DNA of 63,815 nucleotides, the filler included, from Craspedostauros australis (Eukaryota): NCBI GenBank assembly GCA_030167865.1. It is 10 parts of 10 records of this genome, joined end to end, with 100 filler letters (N's around TTAATTAATTAA, not from the genome) between each part and the next. Parts side by side here need not be neighbours in the genome. Positions count along the whole stretch, not along the records: positions 32,172 to 38,946 come from JALAGF010004373.1; positions 39,047 to 54,173 come from JALAGF010004374.1; 8 more parts are not named here. One strand, given 5' to 3'. The translations under genes were made by a program, and so were the position numbers. Below the pieces are notes generated by a model. The model ran no database searches. It was not told the origin of the DNA and saw only the letters and a program-made list of their open reading frames with translations. The first letter of the stretch is position 1; each line of letters begins with the position of its first letter. Positions 32,172-45,596 of this stretch are shown in pieces.

Positions 32172-33451
32172 TCGTTCAGCTTGCTGCTGGTGCTGGCGAC
32201 GGGGCAGTCCACAGCGCCGAGGGTGGCATTGACTTGAGGCATGTTGCAGCTCACGACGCCGCCGGCATCCATGAATCCATCGAAATCGTAGGCCAAACCG
32301 AGATCGGAATTGAGGAAGACGAGGAAGTCGCCCACCTGCAGGTTGCGGCTTGTGCCGTCACGGTAGATACCGCTGTTTCCAATGTACTGCCAGATAGCGA
32401 CCCCGTTGGGCGCCTGCGCCACATTAAAATCTCCATCCCGCACACTCTCAAAGAATGCATTGTCCAACGTCGTTGGGTCGGCCACCCAACGGGCGCTGGT
32501 GATGGGGCCGGACGGCGCAACCGTGATTTGTCCGCTGCGTTGTTGGTGCGTACATGGATGGATGGATGGATGGATGGACAACAGATGGAAATAAATTATT
32601 GGTTGGTCGAGAGTCGATGGAGGCAGAAATGGTGAGCGAGACGCTTGTGTCGTGCACATGACATGCATGTGTGCTCCAGGTAGATGGATGCTTGCAAGGA
32701 TGTCGGCAGAGCTCGTACCTACAGTGCGCATTCAAACTCTCACTAGAACAGGAAGCTCAACTTACATTGTGTGTGCTCCAATAGCGGCGACAGTCTCGTC
32801 AGCGGTGAGACCGAAGTGTTTCTTGAAGTAGGCGACAGTTTGTTCGGTGGTGAAGTCCAGTCCTGGCATTTCCCGTGGTGGACCTGCGACGTCGGTGTAA
32901 CCTGCAGCAGCATCGCATGTTGGCCGACCGAAGTAATCAAATCGGTACTCGAAGTTGTTGTTGGGTTGCATCCCTTCCGCTGCGACCAATCCAGCCAGCC
33001 CCCAGATATCTGTGCGGGTGAGGTATTGGGAGTACGTCTTCACGAGCGGACGAAGCGCCTCGACTGGAGTGAGCAATCCGCCGTTGTCCTTGTTGGAAAG
33101 GTCGATGCATCCATCACACACATCGACGCAGTCATGGAAGGTGAGACGAATGAGTTGAGGTGCAAGGCGGTAGTTGCTTGCGATAAGGTCAACAATATCC
33201 TGTCGCAGCGCGTTGACTGCGTCGCGTGGGGTCGGGAAGTTGAGCGGGGTGACATCATCGCCAGTGGCTCGGCCAGATGTATCCTGGCTCAATCCACGGG
33301 TACGACGGGCGGACCCATTCACGGCATTGTCTGTGCGAGGAGAGGCAGCATCGCTGTCGTGGGGGTTGTCACCGCCCGCGGTGTATCCGAGGTATGGGCA
33401 TGCCTGTGCGGCAGCAATGGTTGCGAGGAGAGTTGCGAGGCTGGTCTTCAT
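32172..33451 (-). CDS. Secreted non-animal heme peroxidase (APX/CcP-like), 3'-truncated; exons 33451-32766 and 32534-32172
   Basis: Signal peptide MKTSLATLLATIAAAQA-CPYL, distal RLTFHDC, DIWGLAG, proximal GAHT/IG (joined across a GTAAGT..CAG intron), LDNAFF and LNSD. Confidence 0.9.
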
Positions 33452-36016
33452 GCTGGATCTTCGGTGATTTGTTTTTGTGTTTGCTTTTGTGTTTGTTATT
33501 GTTATTGTTTTGGCGTTTGCGTTTTCTTTTGTTGGTGTTTGATTTTATGAAATGTGAGTGGTGTGTGACGAATTCGGCATTCCCTCGCCGGCATCTCTCC
33601 GAGTGGTTGGTGCCCTTCTTCCGTGCCGGCCAGCACCAATCTCCTGCCTGATGGAGATGGATAGAGGAGGAGGATTTGCAAAGAAGCGAGTGTCGCGACG
33701 GTGATGAGAAAGATGTACGACTATCCATCGTTGCCAGCCTGTGACGAAGAAGCTGGGAGGAGGCCACTTTTTTGTACTTCTCACATGGTGTTACTTGGCG
33801 GTCTGCGATGGCTAATTGAGTCTCGGAAAGGGAAAGAGCTTTGATTGGCACAGTTGCTGTTCGTGCCGGTGCGCGCTTGTGACAAGATCACGTTGTGTGG
33901 AGATTGCGTGATGGAGCATAGAGTACACGCGCGTGCTCGCGGCTTGTCTCTATGCATCGACAGCGAGCACGCATGGACGCCCGTCATCATTTGGTTTGGT
34001 TTGGTTTCGCCCGGCCAACGAAACACGATTTGTGGCCGCGACGGTGACGCACCTGTGGCGATCGTTGGTGGCTTGCAAATGAAAATTACTGCATACGACA
34101 CCATTCAGGGTTTGCACGTTCGCAAATGTCAGGAATCGGGTGTTCTGAAACACCTTATTGCCGCATCTCCCATGCGTGCGGATGATCGAGCGTCATGAAA
34201 CGCAACATTACCGCACCTCCCAATCTGGATCGTTGTGTGACACCAAAAAATGTGAGCTGCACGTTTGAGGCGAAGAACATGGCATGACGGATGCGAACCA
34301 GATCATGACGTTTGTGACCTCAATGCACGAATGGGAGTCACACGTGTATGTTGCAGGGGGCGGCGATGTTGGATTTGTGACCAGCATCACGATACACGCG
34401 ACTACAGTCCTATGTCGCAACGAACAAGAAAAGAGGATTCGAGATGGCCGGTGTGATGAAGTATGAGATGGCCTGTGAATAAATCCCTGATGGCAAACCA
34501 GTGAATGGTTGGAGAGGATCAGAGATTGTCCCAAGATGAGAAACTGCAGGAGCAATCGCCCAAGCTGTTTTTTAACATGGAGATGGCAATCCAATCGAAT
34601 GGAACAAGTTGGCAACGACTGTGAATCAACGCTGTCTATGCTAACAAAACTATTGGAGGCAAGACAACAAGATGAATTCATGGAGATGGGTAACATTGCT
34701 AAGCATGCACAATCATGGTGGATGCAAGATGAATGCATGCTGATCTAATAGATGCAGTCATGGAGATCTCAGGAGGAGATCGAACTTTGGAAGTTGAGAG
34801 CAATGAAGAGCTCACAGTTCAGAGAAGTAGATTCTAACAAACGATTAGTTTTCTACTATCACCACCACCCTGGATTTCCAACAGTTGGATTTGTGCGCTG
34901 TCTGTTCACACGAATTGGTGAGAAAAGTCTTGCAAACTGCCGGTTTCAGGATAACCATTCGATGCGGTTCACACAGAGTGAGCTTGTCGAAATAGAGTAA
35001 TAGAACGATGATTAAGAGTGATGCTTGTTGTACTAATCTTGTGCTTGTGTTGTATGAGTTAGTTTGTTGTAGTAGTAGGATGAAGAAATGATGTTACACG
35101 GTGCACATGACTCTGCACTGATCCTCATGGTTCAGTGTTGAGGACAGGCATTGTTTGCTTCTTCTACTCCTCTTTCCACTTCTGCTGTTGCTTTGCAATG
35201 TAGAGCATAACAGCTCAGAATTCTGTTGAAGTTCCAAAGGAGATGCAGCAGCAGTTGTTGTTGGAATGCACAGTTGGATTCTCTGCTCTTGTTGAAGCAG
35301 GTTAGATCTCTACGGCATTACTGTGACAATGTGATCGTTGCCATAGTCAAAGAAGGAATCGAGGTTTGCAATTCAAAGGATCTGAAGAGCATAGCACCCA
35401 GAACAATTTGAATCGAGTCGATCATGGTATGGAGTTAGACAATGATTCGTGAATGAAGAAGAGGAGAAGGAGGCAGGTGTTGTGGTCATCAGGGTCAGAA
35501 TGTTTCCGTCATGCTAATTTCGAACATCGAGGTGGGACACCATAAGTGTGGAGGTAGTCTGTCCCTGCTGAATTCCAACGATTCCTTCGTGTTCGCATTT
35601 ACGATATTGTCGAAGATCCAGTATTGACTACTTCGACCAACTTCGGGTTCGGATATCAACGAGCGCGATCTTGTGGTGCCTTGGGCGTTTGCGGCCCACA
35701 TCACCAAGGCATCACTTCAAATGGCTTCGCATCACGTGACATCGAAGACGCGGTGGCGCATAGTCGCAATAGAAAAATGGTGTAGATTCAATGCCTCGAC
35801 TTGACTTGTCTATTCCACTATTATATTCCAAGAACTTCCCATTGCGGAATGTGCACGCATTCAGCTGCGCATGCGCTTTTGCCCAACGTGTGGCCATGAA
35901 ACGACATCTTGCCATCACCCCTTGCAACCAGCTGGTTGCCTCATCATCGACTCGAATTTTGGTCTTTGACAGAGCATCCCCAGTTGATCTATGATGGTGA
36001 ATTCCTCAACTGACGA

Positions 36017-36914
36017 TTAAGCACTACCTGGCACATCTTCTTCCTCCTTCTCTTCTCCAGGATTCTCAGGATCGGCTGTCGCTGCAGCATCAGCAGCTTG
36101 ACCTGCAGCGTCTTCCTCGATCTGCGACAGGCGCATGGAGAAGCGACGGGACAAACGCTCCGCCATCAACGTGCGATTGTCGCGAGCATTGTCATATTCC
36201 TCATGACACTGCACAGTCGAAGAAGCAAATCAAAGATCGCAGCAGAAAGGGATGGATGGTTTTGGAACAAAGACATCATGTCAGATGCGAGTACGATAGC
36301 ATGGCGAATGAATGAATGGATGGATGGATGGATGGATGGCTGAATGGTTGGCAAAACAGATACACCATACCAGCTGCGCATACCATCCACGCATACCAAA
36401 TGAAACACACCGCGCCGCCCCATAGAACAGGAAGCACACTCACCTGACCCATGAAAGCACAGAACTCAAGGAAGTCAACATATCCGCTGCCATCGGCATC
36501 CATCACTGCCCACAACGCTTCGAAGTCATGGCGGTTCATCTCGACCGCCTTTCCGGAGCTCAAGAACTCCCACATGCCCTCCTTCGTGATGTTGCCAACG
36601 GAGCTCGCACGTCGGTCACTCTTGTTGGCCGTGGATTGGGCGTCGATCTTCTGGAACTCGCGGGCCAATGCCGCAGCATCCATGCGTCTGGCCGGTACGC
36701 GGATGCTCATGGTCTGTGCAACACGTGCGGCGAATACGGCACGGTATCTCTTTGCCTGTTGTTTGTTGTATATGTAGACTGCGATGGCGACTATGATGAG
36801 GAAGAAGAGGACACCGCCGATGGTGAATCCAGCGATGACTCCTGACTTGACGGGTGTGGTTGGCTCTTGGTATGGGTTTGTGGCGCAGTTGGGATCGAAC
36901 TGTGTCGTCCATGC

Positions 36915-36948
<34 letters not shown>

Positions 36949-38162
36949 GGAATGATTTAGAGAAAGAGGCGAAAGGAGGAAACAGAATGGAGCGAATCAG
37001 CAAATAATGATCGAGAGGTGATGAGAACGACAGAGCGAATGGCGCGATCGCCACAATTTCACGAAATCATGAAGTGAAACATTTGGAATCGGTACGAGCA
37101 ACATCGTCAGGCTGGTCGATCGTTTTCTCTCCGCTGCTGAACTTACCTGACACCACTGCTCTTCCGTCGGAAAGAAGCCCGCGGCAGAGGAACCTGTCAT
37201 TGGGACTGGGACTTGGGCAGCCGGTGGGACCCTGAACTCCTGGTAGATGGCCACGATACCGTCGATGAATTCTTGCTCTGTGATCCGCCTGAGGGTGCAT
37301 CCTTGGGTGAGGGAGAAGTTGCCGCCACTGAAAGTAACGCTCTGTTCACGAATGCTATCGCATTCCTTGTCGATGCAAGTGATCGATGTAGCTAAGAAAT
37401 TGCCTTCTTCACCTTCTCGAAAACTCTTGGTGAAGAGGGTGTCGTCGCCAACCGGAGAAGTGACCGACGTGTCCGTGATGGAGAACGATTCCTCTGTGAT
37501 ATTGAATGCGGTCTGAAACGGCAAGGTGATCGCCCTACCATCCAGCTCGAAGCTTGATGTCCCGTACACATCGAAGGCTCGAGCAATACCAACGGGAAAG
37601 CCCCCCTCAACTGGTGGGAAGATGGTGTATCGGTGACTGCTGCTCCTGGTGCCTCGGACAGAGTAGTTGCTGAAGACCCTGTATGGGAAAGCTCCAACTT
37701 GAAGCACTCCTCCATCCGGTGTATCAATCGTGAATCTTTCGATGGGTTGATTATCAGCGCCGAATGTGTACGTGTCGCACGTGAAGTATCCGGAGACCGC
37801 TCTCTGTGCAGATTGGATGGAGACAAATCGGGCGTTGCATGGCTCGTGGCGAACAATTGAGTGAGCAGATGTACTCTCGATACGCAGATCATGCGACATA
37901 GCGGATGCGGCGTGCCGAACCACGGCCTTCGCTTAGACTCAAATCATGGTGTACTCGTGCAGAGTCGCACCATATCTTCCACTCAACTCACCCAAATGCT
38001 GTTCTGACTTTCCATATCGTAGTCGTTGTTTTCTTTGTATCGGATGTCGGAATCAGAGAGGCAGGGTTCACGCCACGGATCGCCGCATTTGGCACCGGCG
38101 ACCGTGTTGGCTGTCATCATCGCAGCGACGGCGGCGCCCGCGAGGACAAAGTGAGAAGCCAT
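36017..38162 (-). CDS. Type I membrane protein: signal peptide, Cys-containing ectodomain, one TM helix, cytosolic EF-hand(s); exons 38162-37992, 37803-37147, 36899-36444, 36208-36017
   Basis: Three phase-0 GT..AG introns give a continuous ORF: MASHFVLAGAAVAAM..CGDPWREPCLSDSDIRY..EEQWCQFDPNC..GVIAGFTIGGVLFFLIIVAIAVYIY..DADGSGYVDFLEF. Confidence 0.8.
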
Positions 38163-39046
38163 GCTGATTTCTTTGGGTTTCGTGCAGACGGAGGCAGCGA
38201 CTTCTGAACGAAATCAATGAGTATTGCAGCAGCGAAAGTGAGCGGTGGCCGATGCCTCAAGAGGTATGTGAGGATCGTATCTCATCATGGTACCATACGA
38301 CCCGCGAGGAAGTAATACACGTCGTACGTGCGAGCCATCAATAGACACGGTGTTGCCGAACGCCCGTCTCTTGAAGGGAACAAAGCGGATTTGGTGAACC
38401 TCAAGTCACCGATACTTCTGACATCCCTCTCCGTTGCACACCAAAGAAGGACGGAATGGTCACATTCCCAATTGACCGGTGGACATAACGAGATGATGGA
38501 TCGCACTTCCCCATGGTCGGGAAGGCGCGGATGTCGTACATGTTCTATCTATTGGAATCTGGGCTGATGGTAACGACTGTGGATGATCAGTGTGTGTGCT
38601 AACTGTGTTGTGTAGGGAATTATGAGGCATACCTCGCTNCTTTTGTTGTGTTTCGCTTTGTTCTGTTCCATCAGCGTTCGTGCACGTATTTCGATGTTTG
38701 CCTTCTCATTTCTCTCTGCTGTTGCGTCTTGATCGCTGCTGTGTGGTCGTCGTATCTTTTGTGTTTCCGATTCATGCGATCGTAGCTCCATGTCTCCGGC
38801 TCGTGCGGTCGTGGCTCCAATACGCCCCTTTATAACCTCACTTGTCAATGGGCACGTGAGGTTGTAATCCAGACACAGGGCAACTCACGTGTGCTTCTTT
38901 CAGCATGGGTAGTAGGCTCAGCTGGTTGTGGATCGTCCGGACAGTANNNNNNNNNNNNNNNNNNNNNNNNNNNNNNNNNNNNNNNNNNNNTTAATTAATT
39001 AANNNNNNNNNNNNNNNNNNNNNNNNNNNNNNNNNNNNNNNNNNNN

Positions 39047-40326
39047 TCGTTCAGCTTGCTGCTGGTGCTGGCGACGGGGCAGTCCACAGCGCCGAGGGTG
39101 GCATTGACTTGAGGCATGTTGCAGCTCACGACGCCGCCGGCATCCATGAATCCATCGAAATCGTAGGCCAAACCGAGATCGGAATTGAGGAAGACGAGGA
39201 AGTCGCCCACCTGCAGGTTGCGGCTTGTGCCGTCACGGTAGATACCGCTGTTTCCAATGTACTGCCAGATAGCGACCCCGTTGGGCGCCTGCGCCACATT
39301 AAAATCTCCATCCCGCACACTCTCAAAGAATGCATTGTCCAACGTCGTTGGGTCGGCCACCCAACGGGCGCTGGTGATGGGGCCGGACGGCGCAACCGTG
39401 ATTTGTCCGCTGCGTTGTTGGTGCGTACATGGATGGATGGATGGATGGATGGACAACAGATGGAAATAAATTATTGGTTGGTCGAGAGTCGATGGAGGCA
39501 GAAATGGTGAGCGAGACGCTTGTGTCGTGCACATGACATGCATGTGTGCTCCAGGTAGATGGATGCTTGCAAGGATGTCGGCAGAGCTCGTACCTACAGT
39601 GCGCATTCAAACTCTCACTAGAACAGGAAGCTCAACTTACATTGTGTGTGCTCCAATAGCGGCGACAGTCTCGTCAGCGGTGAGACCGAAGTGTTTCTTG
39701 AAGTAGGCGACAGTTTGTTCGGTGGTGAAGTCCAGTCCTGGCATTTCCCGTGGTGGACCTGCGACGTCGGTGTAACCTGCAGCAGCATCGCATGTTGGCC
39801 GACCGAAGTAATCAAATCGGTACTCGAAGTTGTTGTTGGGTTGCATCCCTTCCGCTGCGACCAATCCAGCCAGCCCCCAGATATCTGTGCGGGTGAGGTA
39901 TTGGGAGTACGTCTTCACGAGCGGACGAAGCGCCTCGACTGGAGTGAGCAATCCGCCGTTGTCCTTGTTGGAAAGGTCGATGCATCCATCACACACATCG
40001 ACGCAGTCATGGAAGGTGAGACGAATGAGTTGAGGTGCAAGGCGGTAGTTGCTTGCGATAAGGTCAACAATATCCTGTCGCAGCGCGTTGACTGCGTCGC
40101 GTGGGGTCGGGAAGTTGAGCGGGGTGACATCATCGCCAGTGGCTCGGCCAGATGTATCCTGGCTCAATCCACGGGTACGACGGGCGGACCCATTCACGGC
40201 ATTGTCTGTGCGAGGAGAGGCAGCATCGCTGTCGTGGGGGTTGTCACCGCCCGCGGTGTATCCGAGGTATGGGCATGCCTGTGCGGCAGCAATGGTTGCG
40301 AGGAGAGTTGCGAGGCTGGTCTTCAT
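39047..40326 (-). CDS. Heme peroxidase, second identical copy; intron 39640-39410
   Basis: Identical to 32172-33451 (offset 6875). Confidence 0.9.
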
Positions 40327-42743
40327 GCTGGATCTTCGGTGATTTGTTTTCGTTTTTGTTATTGTTTTGGCGTTTGCGTTTTCTTTGGTGTTTGCTTTTG
40401 CTTTTGCTTTTGTTGTTGTTATTGTTTTGGCGTTTGTTATTGTTATTGTAATTGTTTTGGCGTTTGCGTTTTCTTTTGTTGGTGTTTGATTTTATGAAAT
40501 GTGAGTGGTGTGTGACGAATTCGGCATTCCCTCGCTGGCATCTCTCCGAGTGGTTGGTGCCCTTCTTCCGTGCCGGCCAGCACCAACCTGCTGCCTGACG
40601 GAGATGGATACGACTCGAGGAGGAGGATTTGCAAAGAGGCGAGTGTGGCGACGGTGATGCGAAAAATGTACGACTATCCATCGTTGCCATCCTGTGACGA
40701 AGAAACTGGGAGGAGGTCACTTGTTGATGCTTCTCGCGTGTAGCCATCTGGTGATCTGCGATGGGCTCGATTGAGTCTCGGAAAGCGGAAGACCAGACCA
40801 ACCCAAGATGTTTGAGTGGCGCGGTTGCTCTCCGCATCGGTCCACGATTGTGACAAGATCACTTTGTGTGGAGATTGCGTGATGGAGCATAGAGTACACG
40901 CGCGTGCTCGCGGCTTGCCTGTATGCATCGACAGTGCACACTCATGAACACATGTCACCATTTGGTTTGGTTTCGCCGCCCAACGAAACACGATTTGTGG
41001 CCAAAACGAAACACGAATTGTGCTAATCTTGGGTGACATGCAGATGAAAATTACTGCATACGCCGCACGAGTGTGGAGTGTCACCAACGGATGCAGTGGA
41101 TACCTTTTCTTCATCAACCGCGCGAGTTCCGGTGACGGTTTCTGCACCTCTCGCCTGTTGTGCACACATATTTCGGTTGTAGTAGACGACGTATGATAGA
41201 CCCTAAATAGTATGCTATCTCATTCTTGCCTTCAAGTCGTATCGAACAGGGCACCCTCTCCCTGGAAGCAGTGCGTTTTACTCTCGCTCTCTCTCTCCAG
41301 ACAGGCAAGAGCTGATCATTGATCTTCTTTGCGACTACACAGGGCAGATCGATCGGTATCTACCAGAAGAGAGAGGTTCGAAGACAATACACCGCAGATT
41401 ACTCTGGTTTGCGGTGGTGAAGATCCTTGGTCTTGAGATGTCTCTTTTGTTTCCTTGTTGTGAATGCGAGATGTTGAAGACGACATGCGTTATTTTCACG
41501 TTAACAAGACATATTATGAAATAAATATTATATCGCCGCAACTTTCAGTACAGTGAACTTGTCCACGTCGTCTTTCCTACACGAAAACGTGAATGCTTCG
41601 CTGTTTGAAAACGGATACTGCAAATCCTCGTTGGCCTTGTAGGAATCGGTCTTCGGTGACCGGGGGTGACTTTGGCGAATCCGAAAGCGAAACAAATTGT
41701 GACGTACATCGACACGAACACAGACCTGGACGCAGACCACGAGCACCGTCGCGCTTCTGCTGAAAGGGATACGAGCTAGGAATGGCACCGGAATGCCTTG
41801 ATGCGCGGTGGGATGCTCGCAAGCGACACGGACACAGCCATCGCCGGCGGAGCATTATCTTTCCATCGTCCTAAAAGTGGATGAAAGGAACGCGCAACCA
41901 TGCCGTCGGCGAAGAACATGTGTTGAAAAGCGCCGATGCGCACGGAGGGTCCTCGCTGCAACCAAATTCACGGGCATTGCACCGAGTAATGAAGCGTCAA
42001 GACCCACTTCAAATAGTGGGAGGAAAGCCCCTTGCGTTGCGCTCCAAAGGGGCTCAAAACAGCAAAACGCATTGGCAGGTGGGACGGAAAACGGAGGGAG
42101 AGGTCAGCGAAAGGGAATTTTGTTTGTTTCCTCACCCTCGACGTACTCTTACAGCAGGTTCTTGCGCAGCGGCACAACTCGATCCGGCTCATCTCGTGAA
42201 GGAAAGCAAGACTGGCCGACAGGGTAATAGGAGCGGGCAATCATGTCGACCCCGTCAATCATTCTTTCTATCTCTGTTGCTCAGCGGTGACAATTGTGAT
42301 ATACTATGGTTGTTGGAAATGAAGGAGAAAAGCCGACGAACCGACTCGTTGTCCGATGGCATTGGGCCTCGTAGGACGCAGACATGGGCAAGCTTCCGGA
42401 ATATAGTACCAGTCTGCAACTCATGTATCTCGTGACTGCTGCAAGGAGCGTGCCCGCTTCCATTACATGGGTTGAAGTTGTGGAAAGAGCTGACTGGCGT
42501 GACTCCACCAACCATCCGACTGCCGCAAGGGTGGAATTCAATCGCCAGTCTCCTCGGAAGTCGTACTGATCAACTCCCTCCAATCCTGGGCCGCAGCCGC
42601 GACTGTCGGATATGCTACGAGTAGCAAGTATGGTCCCTTTCTGCTTGTATAATAGCATGGAACTAACAACTCATTGCGAGACAACCAACCAGCAGCGATT
42701 ATAGTACTCTATCTGATTGAAACAACTGATTGGCCCAAATGCG

Positions 42744-44975
42744 TTATGACTGCGTTACGACGGGCACGAGAACGAGGGCGGCCAGGAACCAGCTGCCCAA
42801 CGCCGCAGCCGCGCGGCCGATGTCGACGCCTTCGATCTCCTGCTGGGCCGGCACCTCGGTATCGTTCTCGACGACGTTGTAGACGATCCACGCCGACAGC
42901 AGCAGATCCCCCTGCGTGCCCGTGAGCGTGAAGTTGCAGACGAGCAGGAGGATCCAGAACGTTCCCGCAATGATGTTGTGCGCCCCGCGACCGAAGAGGG
43001 CCTGCGACATGCGTCCGCCGTCGCTGGAACCCAACGGCATGAGGGCCACGGCGTTGATGAGCATGCCGCAGTATCCGGCGATGGCGAAAGGGTGCAGCGG
43101 GACGGGTGATTTGGTGTTCTGGTTGGCGATGGCGGCCAGGACGTCGTTGCCGTTGAGGAAGGTGTCGACGATGGTGGTGCCGAGCGTGCTGAGCTGGATG
43201 ACGCTGGTGGGCAAGGCGGGCAGGAGCTGGATGGCGGATGCATCGCCGCTGGCCATGATCTCTGTCGTCATGGACAATCCCGTGAGGAGGAAGGCAGCGG
43301 ATGCCGCCATGCCGAGGACGGGTCCCGCGATGGCGAAATCAAACAAGGACGAGCGGTTCTTGGGCGACGATATAATTTTGGTGTAGGCTCCCAGCAGAGG
43401 AAGGCTGTTGAGGAAGGGTAGGAGGGTGGGGAAGACGGACGAAACCTTGAATTGGTCGCGCTTGGCCACGAGCTGATGTCCCAATTCGTGCGATGCCAGG
43501 ATGGAAAGGAGGGGAACGAGGATCTGAGCGATCTTGCCGTTGAACCAATCGAATCCTGAAAAGTCCCCAAGCGAAGCGTATTCGTTGAGCTTGTCGAAGA
43601 CGGCGTCGTTGGAACCGTAGACGCCGATGCAGAAGAGCGACGTCGTGACGATGGCGCAGACCGTGGAGATCTGCGAGAAGATGGGATTGCTGGCAGGCGA
43701 AAAGTCCTTGTGCAGCAGGACGAGGACCCGCTCCGAGTCGAAAGGACCATCGTCGACGCGCGGCATGGTGGGATCGTTCATGTAGGCAAGCGTACCGTTC
43801 CATGACTCGACCGCCGGCAGCTTGTCGTTGAGCGCCGCCATGAAGTCATCGGGCTTGTCGGTGAAATCCTTGTTGACGATGTTGCCACGGATGATGTATC
43901 CGCACAGGGCCTCCTCCGGCGTGCCGCTCGTCGAGAACATGCGCGACGATGAGTTACCTTGATCCAACGCCGCCATGACGATCTCGAGATCCCTGGCCGA
44001 GGGACGCACGCCCTCCTTGCGCACGTTGCGAGCGAGTTTGCTGTTGAGGTTGCTTTCGGCGCGCGCCTGTTCCGGCGACTTGTCGAGGACGTCGGCGAAG
44101 AACTTGTCGATCTGCAGCTCCACGTTGTCCAATGACGATTCTGTCTTGTTGGGGGGCGACCTCGTCGCATTGATGGTCTTGGCGGTGGTGGAAAAGACGA
44201 GGTCGGAGATGGTTTTGCCGTCGGCCATGGTGATGGTGACGAGGCCGCGATCGGCACGCTTGATCGCCTTGATGGAATCCTGCAACCGCTGTTCCGTGAG
44301 CTGAATACGGTTGTCGTGGAACCGGCGCATGAGCTGCGGTATCTGCAGCAGCATGCAGAGGCGGTACTCGCCGACCTTGCTGGTGTCCTCCTTCTCACCC
44401 AAGGACAGGAGGGCCTCGACCATGGACCTCTGCGCGATGGAAGGCAGCTTGACGAAGACGGCCATGGCCTGCTGGAACTCCTCCTCGGACATGCCCTCCG
44501 GTGGCTCCATGTTGACGACGATCCTCGCCTGGCCTGCCTCTGCAACGTCGCGCTGCACAAGCTTTTGGTAATTCAGCAGCCTCTTCTCCTCCAGCCGCAG
44601 CTGATCGTCCGTGGTGATCGCTGCGATTCGAGCGTCCGCCGACTTCAGATCCTCGATGATGAACTCCATCTTCTGCTTCTCATGCACCAGCGCCCTCCGC
44701 GCCACTGGTGACATCGTCTCGTTCTTTCCGCTGGTAGTGGTCGGCTCAGTGGTGGTCTCAGTGGTCGCGCCAGGATCCTCCGATGACAGGAACAGCGGCT
44801 GCGATCGCGGCATGCTCCTGGTGGAACGCATCATGCTGCGCACGGAGATGGGCGCAAGGGCCTCCACCATCACGGCATTCTCGTGGCTGCGATGTTGCAG
44901 GAGATCCAACGATGCGGCAGCCGCAATGACCACCATCGCGACAGATATCGCACCGCATCTCGTTCTGCGCGCCAT
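42744..44975 (-). CDS. Site-2 protease family M50 metalloprotease, EGY-like, probably plastid-targeted
   Basis: HELGH, FDFAIAGP, VPLHPFAIAGYCG and NAVALMPLGSSDGGR motifs. Hydrophobic N-terminal presequence. Confidence 0.88.
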   Translation of the reverse strand: MARRTRCGAISVAMVVIAAAASLDLLQHRSHENAVMVEALAPISVRSMMRSTRSMPRSQPLFLSSEDPGATTETTTEPTTTSGKNETMSPVARRALVHEKQKMEFIIEDLKSADARIAAITTDDQLRLEEKRLLNYQKLVQRDVAEAGQARIVVNMEPPEGMSEEEFQQAMAVFVKLPSIAQRSMVEALLSLGEKEDTSKVGEYRLCMLLQIPQLMRRFHDNRIQLTEQRLQDSIKAIKRADRGLVTITMADGKTISDLVFSTTAKTINATRSPPNKTESSLDNVELQIDKFFADVLDKSPEQARAESNLNSKLARNVRKEGVRPSARDLEIVMAALDQGNSSSRMFSTSGTPEEALCGYIIRGNIVNKDFTDKPDDFMAALNDKLPAVESWNGTLAYMNDPTMPRVDDGPFDSERVLVLLHKDFSPASNPIFSQISTVCAIVTTSLFCIGVYGSNDAVFDKLNEYASLGDFSGFDWFNGKIAQILVPLLSILASHELGHQLVAKRDQFKVSSVFPTLLPFLNSLPLLGAYTKIISSPKNRSSLFDFAIAGPVLGMAASAAFLLTGLSMTTEIMASGDASAIQLLPALPTSVIQLSTLGTTIVDTFLNGNDVLAAIANQNTKSPVPLHPFAIAGYCGMLINAVALMPLGSSDGGRMSQALFGRGAHNIIAGTFWILLLVCNFTLTGTQGDLLLSAWIVYNVVENDTEVPAQQEIEGVDIGRAAAALGSWFLAALVLVPVVTQS

Positions 44976-45596
44976 CTTGCGAATGGATCGTGCACGGCGA
45001 GTTCGTCTTGTCGTCGTTAGAAGCAGAGAGTGTTGAGCGGAGCGGTGAGATTGTCTCCAACTTCCGAATTTCTTGAATGAATGCTGATTGGTATGCACTT
45101 GGATGGTCTCCAGCAAGTGTACTCCTGTACTCTATTCTGCTTTGGAATGCAAGATCAGGGTATGATCGTAGAATGGATTGGAGCGGTTGTGATGCCAGAT
45201 GAATCTGACAAGATCGGGCAGGTTGTGGTTGTTGTTTGAGGTTCTTGGATTTTGTGTCAAGCGCGATCCACATTTGTGGTGGTTGTTCCATCTGGTGACG
45301 TGTGCAATGTTCCTTCTGACGTTTTTCGAATGGTTCAAGCAATCGACTTTTCCGATCAAAACTTGGAACAAGCTACAAATCAAAAGTAGAGTGCTGCAAC
45401 ACAGCATCCAAACAAGCGCAATTCAAACATCAGAATAGAATAGTTGGAATAAAGCCAAGAATTGAACATATTAGTCCTCATGCGTGCGAGTATTGGTATT
45501 GGTCGATCGTACATACATACCACCACCATTCGTTCATGTTTGATTCATAGCACTGCTCCAAAGGACACTTGCATTGGAACGGATGCTGTCCATCTC

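Noticed and set aside
15727..40326. True tandem duplications of PPR/SNAPC4, NTPase and peroxidase genes
   Set aside because: Each pair starts at exactly the same base after a linker, which points to alternative assembly paths. Physical adjacency cannot be inferred.
41100..42700. Short ORFs or a possible DNA transposon
   Set aside because: No transposase motifs, TIRs or TSDs that I could identify.
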